The notes under the pieces were generated by a model that saw only the letters and a list, made by a program, of their open reading frames with translations, did not search any database and was not told where the DNA came from. Source: Botryllus schlosseri (taxonomy: Eukaryota). From it: 64,000 bases of DNA. Positions within the stretch are counted from its first letter, which is position 1. Every line of letters begins with the position of its first letter. Position numbers and translations under genes: made by a program. Location of the stretch: contig CM119373.1 of NCBI GenBank assembly GCA_051294905.1, forward strand, positions 4,836,001 to 4,900,000, read 5' to 3'. Below, piece by piece: positions 58,096 to 64,000 of this stretch.

Positions 58096-59836
58096 ATATA
58101 CGACTTGTATCAATTATGACGGTTTACAGTTACAATTTGCTGTAATTTCTTGATCCATTCGCGTGACGGCGAACTAATAACATCAACTGTTATGTTTACA
58201 ATTATCGCTTGGTTACACACCATTAACTCACATAACCACCGAGTGTGGAGATGCTACTGATTTTGTATCTCAGCCTTATAAGCGGTTAGTTTACACATTT
58301 ATCTGTTCACCACGGTGCACATTTATCTGTTCACCACAATACTGTATGTGATATAAAAAATGTACTTGGATCAGGCACCCGCCTCGTAATAGCCGATATG
58401 AATAGGATGCATGCATGCACAATTGCTGAATATTAATCGAAACAACATAGCAACGGCATAGTATCAAGTACTGGAGGAGTGCGTCATGAAACGCATCTTG
58501 GATAGGTCACTCGTGGACCTGTAATGTTAATGACAGCCATTGTTTTAAAGGGGCACTGCGCTCTAAAAATGATGTGGTCTTAAATTGAAGAAAAAAAATA
58601 AAGAAACATTTTGGCCGCAACCATTTTCTTTAGAACGCCAACGTAAAGGAGCTTCAATTTACTGAAATTTCCACAGGACCAGAACGCTCCAGCGGTCGCG
58701 GCTGCGCGTCATTTCTTAACCCGTTACATGGCACTAGCGAATGTAAACATTACATTACATTCGATAAGGGCACGATGATTCACCGAGGCACTTGCTCTAC
58801 GCGATTAGTCAGTCTCGCAGAGAACGAACTTTAGATAGTTGTCAGCCAATGTTATGAAGTAAATATGTTTACACGCCAAGGCGGTTTAGATACGGCTTTG
58901 AACAAACGATGTTGCGATGTTGTTATGAAAAGTTGTGCGTGACGTTGGCCAGCCATTCCACTCTGGCGATATATACCGGTATGCTTTTTGGGTAGGCTGA
59001 GGAGTTGTGGGTTCAGGTTGGGTTTGCGTACCGTTGGATTACGGTTAGGGATGATGAATTTTACTACAGTACCCGAACCCTGAACACAATTTTGAATGTC
59101 ATAAATTTTGTCATGTTCATGGGGAACACTGATTGGTGGTATTCGTGTTGTGGATAATAAATTTCTGTTATCCTGAAAAAACGTTTACGGTATTGTCTTG
59201 CTCCACCCAGAATCTTCATAATAAGTTTGTTCCACTTTGTATTGAGGATATACCAATGCATTGACATTATTGCAAGCTGCAATGATGTGTGGCATGTCTG
59301 CAAAGGTAACTGAATCCTGTTATTATTTGAATCTTCCTTTGCCTTGATAACCATTTCTCAGGACTGAAAAAAAGTTATTCTCTCTGGGTAAGAAGAAAGG
59401 TATGGAAGACTTTGCTACTATGGAAAAGAAGCATCACTAATCACTTGTGGTGGTGCTGTCAGCATTGTGGACAAGATAGCAGTGTAAGTCCACATATTAA
59501 TAACTTTTTATATAACGGTATGCAATTGCAGGTGCTAAAAAGAAGATGGATGTCTCTTCTGCATCACATCACCGGCGAACATGAGTGGACAGTTGAGGGG
59601 GAGACATATTCCTGCAGCCATGGTACTTTGACTGAAGACCAGTGCCTAAGAACTAGATGTTTGCAATGCGGATCTCCTAGTTTCAAAGCATAAAATCTTT
59701 GATAGAAAACAAATTTTTGATCCGTGATTTGGAGCAGATGACTCAGTTCAAACACACTGGTAATTTTTATGACTAATCACATCTGCATGCCTCATCTTTA
59801 CATTGCTTAGGCCATTAGGCCAAGGTGGGTGTCTGA

Positions 59837-60305
59837 CAGGGTTGTAACCAAGTCACAAAGTTCTGAGTTACTAGTCATTCTCACTTATAGTTTTGACTCG
59901 AGTCATTTTCAATTCACCACGGAGTCCAAGTCATCGATCAGAGGTTGAGTCTAAGTCATTGTGTTGACTGCTCGGTTTCCAGTTAAAGTCCTGTTAAACC
60001 CACTTTTTATAACTCTGTTTGGTGATATCGAATGGTTCGCAGTTATAATATACTCATTTCCCTCACTTTTAAGTTTCTGATCGCATTTTCGAGTACCAGT
60101 ACCAATAGACGAAATCGCAACAGGGTGGTTATTGTACTGCTCTTCAAATTACAATGCAATGTCGGTCTTGGCTGTCTGAGTCTCGAGTCATATGACTTGG
60201 TTCAAGTTTTGCGCAATGACTCGAGTCCAAGTCGAGTCAATACACAGATTGACTCGATTCGAGTCATCAGAAAATCGTGACTTGAGTCGAATCATTACAA
60301 TCCTG
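59837..60305. mobile_element. hAT MITE with GAGTC repeats
   Basis: TIR CAGGGTTGTAA / TTACAATCCTG; TSD GTGTCTGA/GTGTCTGT. Confidence 0.8.
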
Positions 60306-60367
60306 GTGTCTGTTTCCATATACCCTAAGTCGCTTCGACACTTTCCTATCCTTTTATTTTCATTGTA

Positions 60368-61327
60368 GGGGAGATGTGGTACCGATGGATCAAAAATTGG
60401 AAAATGATCGCTGGCCCCAAAATGTTCAGCCGAAAACAGCAGATCTTTTGCAGGCTCAGCACTTTGATACAAGCTCTACCTATCGCGCACATATACATTA
60501 ATATTCGTCTTTTCGAAAAATATTTATGGACGTTCGAAATTTGTTGCTCGAACGTGTCATCGGTCCCCACCCGGTGGGTCCAATGGCACACGACCCGGGG
60601 ACCTATGACACATATACGCTAAAAAACTCAGATGTGACAACTGTTCTTGCTCAGTATTATAATCTAAGCTACAGCAAGCCAAAGAAGAATGTTCGATCGC
60701 AACCGTCAAAAAATAGAATAAATATTAACTCAAATGTTGCCATGAAATCACGTTTCGATTTAGGCTCAGACTTATAAATTTGAGGATACATACATATTGC
60801 CCGAAAATAAACAGTGTGACTTCCAAATACCTCGTTATAGCGATAAAACATCATATGCAAATTTTACATAAAGATTTTCTGTACGTAGGCATGTTTCATT
60901 TGTTTCATGATTAGTATGCTTGATTATTTTGCTTCATTTGGCTATTGTATCATCGGTCCCCACCCTACGAATTTTATACATGAATCGAAAAATATGCCAC
61001 TCAAGGAAGGTACTGAAAAAAATATTAGGTGCCATTATAGCCTGATACAAGCCCTACACATCACAATACAAATGATTGCTGGTTTGTTCGTGCTGAAGGT
61101 TACAGAGAAAAATGTATATGTCGATCTAAATTTAGTTTACACCCCCCAAAACAACAAACATCTGTGAGAGACCACATAGCTCGCGCACTTCAATTTTTTT
61201 TGTATGTGAGGAAAGATATTGCCAGCGTGCAATTGTAGGCAGGTTCACGAAGTGTAATCATTAAATGATCATAGAGAATTTTCAAAGTATTTTCGGTCCC
61301 AGTGATCCATCGGTACCACATCTCCCC
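60368..61327. mobile_element. TA-flanked MITE (Tc1/mariner/pogo-like)
   Basis: Perfect 25-bp TIR GGGGAGATGTGGTACCGATGGATCA; TA on both sides. Confidence 0.85.
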
Positions 61328-62159
61328 TATTGCATTTTTGTGGTGGATTGAACTCATAAAATTGCTTATAGACCTATGATGATGACACTAGTTATCGGAG
61401 CGTGGTCAGATCACTAAATTTCACACCTTCCGTTTTTAGGATCATTGGAAGTTTATCACAACGTCGTACTGAAATTTGCACCTAAACGTCTTCATTTTAC
61501 TTATGACACGAAGCTTGCACGAACCGAACTGGCAGTCCTGGATCACAATGAGAATGTTGGGAGGTTTCAAGCAGTGACACGAGGTTTGCTGTGTCCATGA
61601 CATGTCTGCAAGTCAAGGTACTTGGTTAGTTACTTACCATATATTTGTTTAAGCAGTTGTTTTGTTTAAGCAGGTGTTCTACAATTCAAAAAAAATTACT
61701 CTCGGACAGCAAAAGAGTGGATCTTGAAAAGCATGTATGAAAAGAAGACGAACCACTATGCGAGAGAGCTTTTGAGACGAACTGTTGAGAATCGCACTGA
61801 CATCAACTTCCGCATCCAGTCAGCATAGCACCAGAACCAGCTCCCTTTACAGAGGAATTACTTTCGGAACGGCGTTCCCTAACATGACTGAGATATAATA
61901 ATCTTTGTTGTTCTTTGCCAATGACTTTGTATTGCAGTGCTACTTAGGCAGCTTCCTAGCTCAATTAATTTCTTCCACATGTTTCCAACGTTGTAATACC
62001 CCAGCTATGTTCCAATTGTCTGGTATTTATTAATAATCAAAGTAGCAATGTATGAAACACAGCAGCCACTGTTGGAATATAGAATGCGAACAGTTCGCTG
62101 AAGTACACCATACGGAACTGATTTCGACTTATAGTGCAGAGCCGCAGTGTTTTTAATCA

Positions 62160-63505
62160 CAGTTCGTTTTCTGTCGGCCATTTGAAACCGACATACAGTC
62201 CATCGTCACTAGGGTACTTCTGTCTTATAGCAGTGACGATGCAGGCTGGCAAGGGCATCCGGTTTTTGCTACCCAACACTTCGCCATCCATAATCCATTC
62301 CAGTATGGGACGATAAGACACCAAGCGATATTGTCTGCAATTGGAAAATCTGAAAGTATACTGCAGCGATAAAAAAAATGCTGAAATCTAATAGCAGCAT
62401 AGAGATGACCGAGAATATGATGCTCTCAAATTAAAAAGTGTAGGCATTTTATGGAAAGTATTCGATAATAGGTTAAGAATGCGGGAAACTGTAGTTCATC
62501 TCCAACAACCATGTCACGTCACATATATATAGGTCCAATACTAAACACAATGCAAAATGTACTAGGACAGAGGCCTCAACCCAGCGAGATAGTGTAATGG
62601 TTATGCGTCCGGCTTCTCGAGCGGAAGGTTGTGGGTTCGATCCCCGGCCGGGTCATACCAAAGACTCGAAACTTGGTATCCGCAGCTATCCTGCGAGACG
62701 CTCAGCAATCTCGGATAGCTTGGAGGAGAAAAAAACGGGGGCGCAGACTAGATGACCTCACGAGGCCGTATCGCAACTCCGTCGCAAAGCATCTTGATGG
62801 TGCAGGCGAAAAAGAATATCACATCTCTCTCTCTCTCTTAAACACGCGGCCTGCGGGCCGCATTCTGCCCTTGAGACCATTTTGTACGGCCCGCGACAGC
62901 ATTTTGGATTTCGAAGTATTCGTCAATATTTAACTACCAGCAAAAAGTAGGAAATTGGCCCGCGTGCACATTTGAGTTTGAGACATCTGTTCTAGGACCT
63001 ACTTGTTAGAAAGTCTGCTGCCAGGACCGTGCGGTTGATTGTTATTATTTCAGTTTTTTTCTGTTCACTTTGAAAAATGTTTCAAGAATGGAGGGTTGTA
63101 TATGTAGGATAAAATCGTCACGTTCTTTTATGCAAGGCGACCCTCCATTCCCCAGCAGCTCCATCATTTGTTGTATTTCCCTGCAGCAAACACACTCATT
63201 CTCGTTTGGCATGCGTGGACAGTTCAAGCAGCTGCACCATTCATTGTCAAGTGTCCGAAGTTGACTCTGGTTTTCTGACGATTCCTTTGACCAATACAAT
63301 AACATTGATAAATTGCATTCAAGAAACACAGTGCAATACTTACAGCGACATGAGTTTGTGCTTCTTGAGTTGCAACGAGACGGGCGAATTCCTCCTGTGA
63401 ATATTGCGGTTCGAATTGATACGGCAGGCTCTCACCAAATATCGTGATATCTTCTACATCTGTGTCTTCATCAGAAGTTAATTCATCACACAGATCTTCT
63501 TCCAT
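62160..63505 (-). CDS. KolX-like protein (P2X7 cytoplasmic-ballast-like Cys-rich domain), spliced
   Basis: Acidic N-terminus with PYQFEP; WCSCLNCPRMPNENECVCCRE; downstream exon YRLVSYRPILEWI...LGSKNRMPLPACIVTAIRQKYP..DG.YVGFK. Exact exon boundaries not resolved. Confidence 0.75.
62568..62989. mobile_element. hAT (Buster-like) MITE containing a SINE, in the KolX intron
   Basis: CAGAGGCCTCAA...TTTGAGACATCTG; TSD TACTAGGA/TTCTAGGA. Confidence 0.75.
62583..62838 (+). mobile_element. tRNA-derived SINE, second copy
   Basis: Closely similar to 50364-50619 over its full length; (CT)n tail. Confidence 0.88.
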
Positions 63506-64000
63506 ACCAGTAATAATTTTAACAAATTATATATTATCTACGTATCAAAGGAATTGCATAAATGAACTGATGGAAAAAAAATTCATTTGTGAAAGTGATA
63601 ACAATATGATACGATAAAAGTATCACACAACAATATTTGTACAAGCCTGTCTGCATTCGTTCCCGACTTGCAACTCAACGGCGCTTCTTTGAAGTACGAT
63701 CCAAAACAAGCAAATGTCAATCGTGCAACCAATGCTTTCCATGAACACGATAGACAGGTTGTGTAGAGCAAAACGGAGATGAATATGGCCGTTATAGGAC
63801 TGCATTCAAGTACAATTTTGTAAACAGAGCTATTTTATTACAATATCCCATCACTACATGGCCGGTTTCAACTGATAACGCCACAAAAGCTATAAACCGG
63901 TGACATGGTCGACATTGCAGATCCAGTAGTAAGGAGAATTGCCCGTGGACCTTTAGGGGCTTTGAGGGAAAGGAAGGCACACTACACTATCATTTGAAAT

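Larger units (their letters stand above)
59270..61800 (+). pseudogene. Kolobok-type spliced transposase, interrupted by two MITEs
   Basis: CNDVWHVCK, WKRSITNHLWWCC, WMSLLHHITGEHEW, DLEQMTQFKHTG, SLEVYHNVVLKFAPKRLHF..ARTELAVLDHNEN, YSRTAKEW. Confidence 0.8.
58549..64000 (+). mobile_element. Kolobok-type DNA transposon, decayed; right end not identified in the window
   Basis: TTAA|AGGGGCACTGCG candidate left end; convergent transposase and KolX-like genes. Confidence 0.6.

Overview
Eukaryotic (probably marine invertebrate) genomic DNA made almost entirely of nested mobile elements and endogenous viral sequence; I found no intact host gene. (1) A full-length 16.4-kb Polinton/Maverick (adintovirus-like) element at 3978-20388, with AGTAGT...ACTACT termini and a 6-bp TSD (TGCGGT). 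It encodes protease, major capsid, three minor-capsid paralogs, integrase-chromodomain, packaging ATPase, pPolB (one in-frame TAG, probably spliced) and a tandem OB-fold protein. It sits inside a non-autonomous hAT element (2955-21626, 8-bp TSD). (2) A young gag-only BEL/Pao LTR element (25808-32901) whose 5' LTR carries three hAT MITEs (two direct insertions, one nested). (3) A GC-rich PIF1 helicase gene broken by a 19-bp duplication, followed by repeated hairpin-containing blocks, two of which precede paralogous zinc-ribbon micro-ORFs missed by the ORF track. (4) Two diverged, apparently intron-bearing SF3-helicase (Rep/NS1-like) genes at about 42.4-43.5 kb and 56.9-58.1 kb. (5) Decayed hAT transposons, a LINE ORF1 relic, a Gypsy relic, two tRNA-headed SINEs, a Kolobok-type element with a P2X7-ballast-like accessory gene, and an orphan kinase fragment. 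All assignments come from reading motifs by eye; no searches were run. Boundaries not defined by a TSD are approximate.
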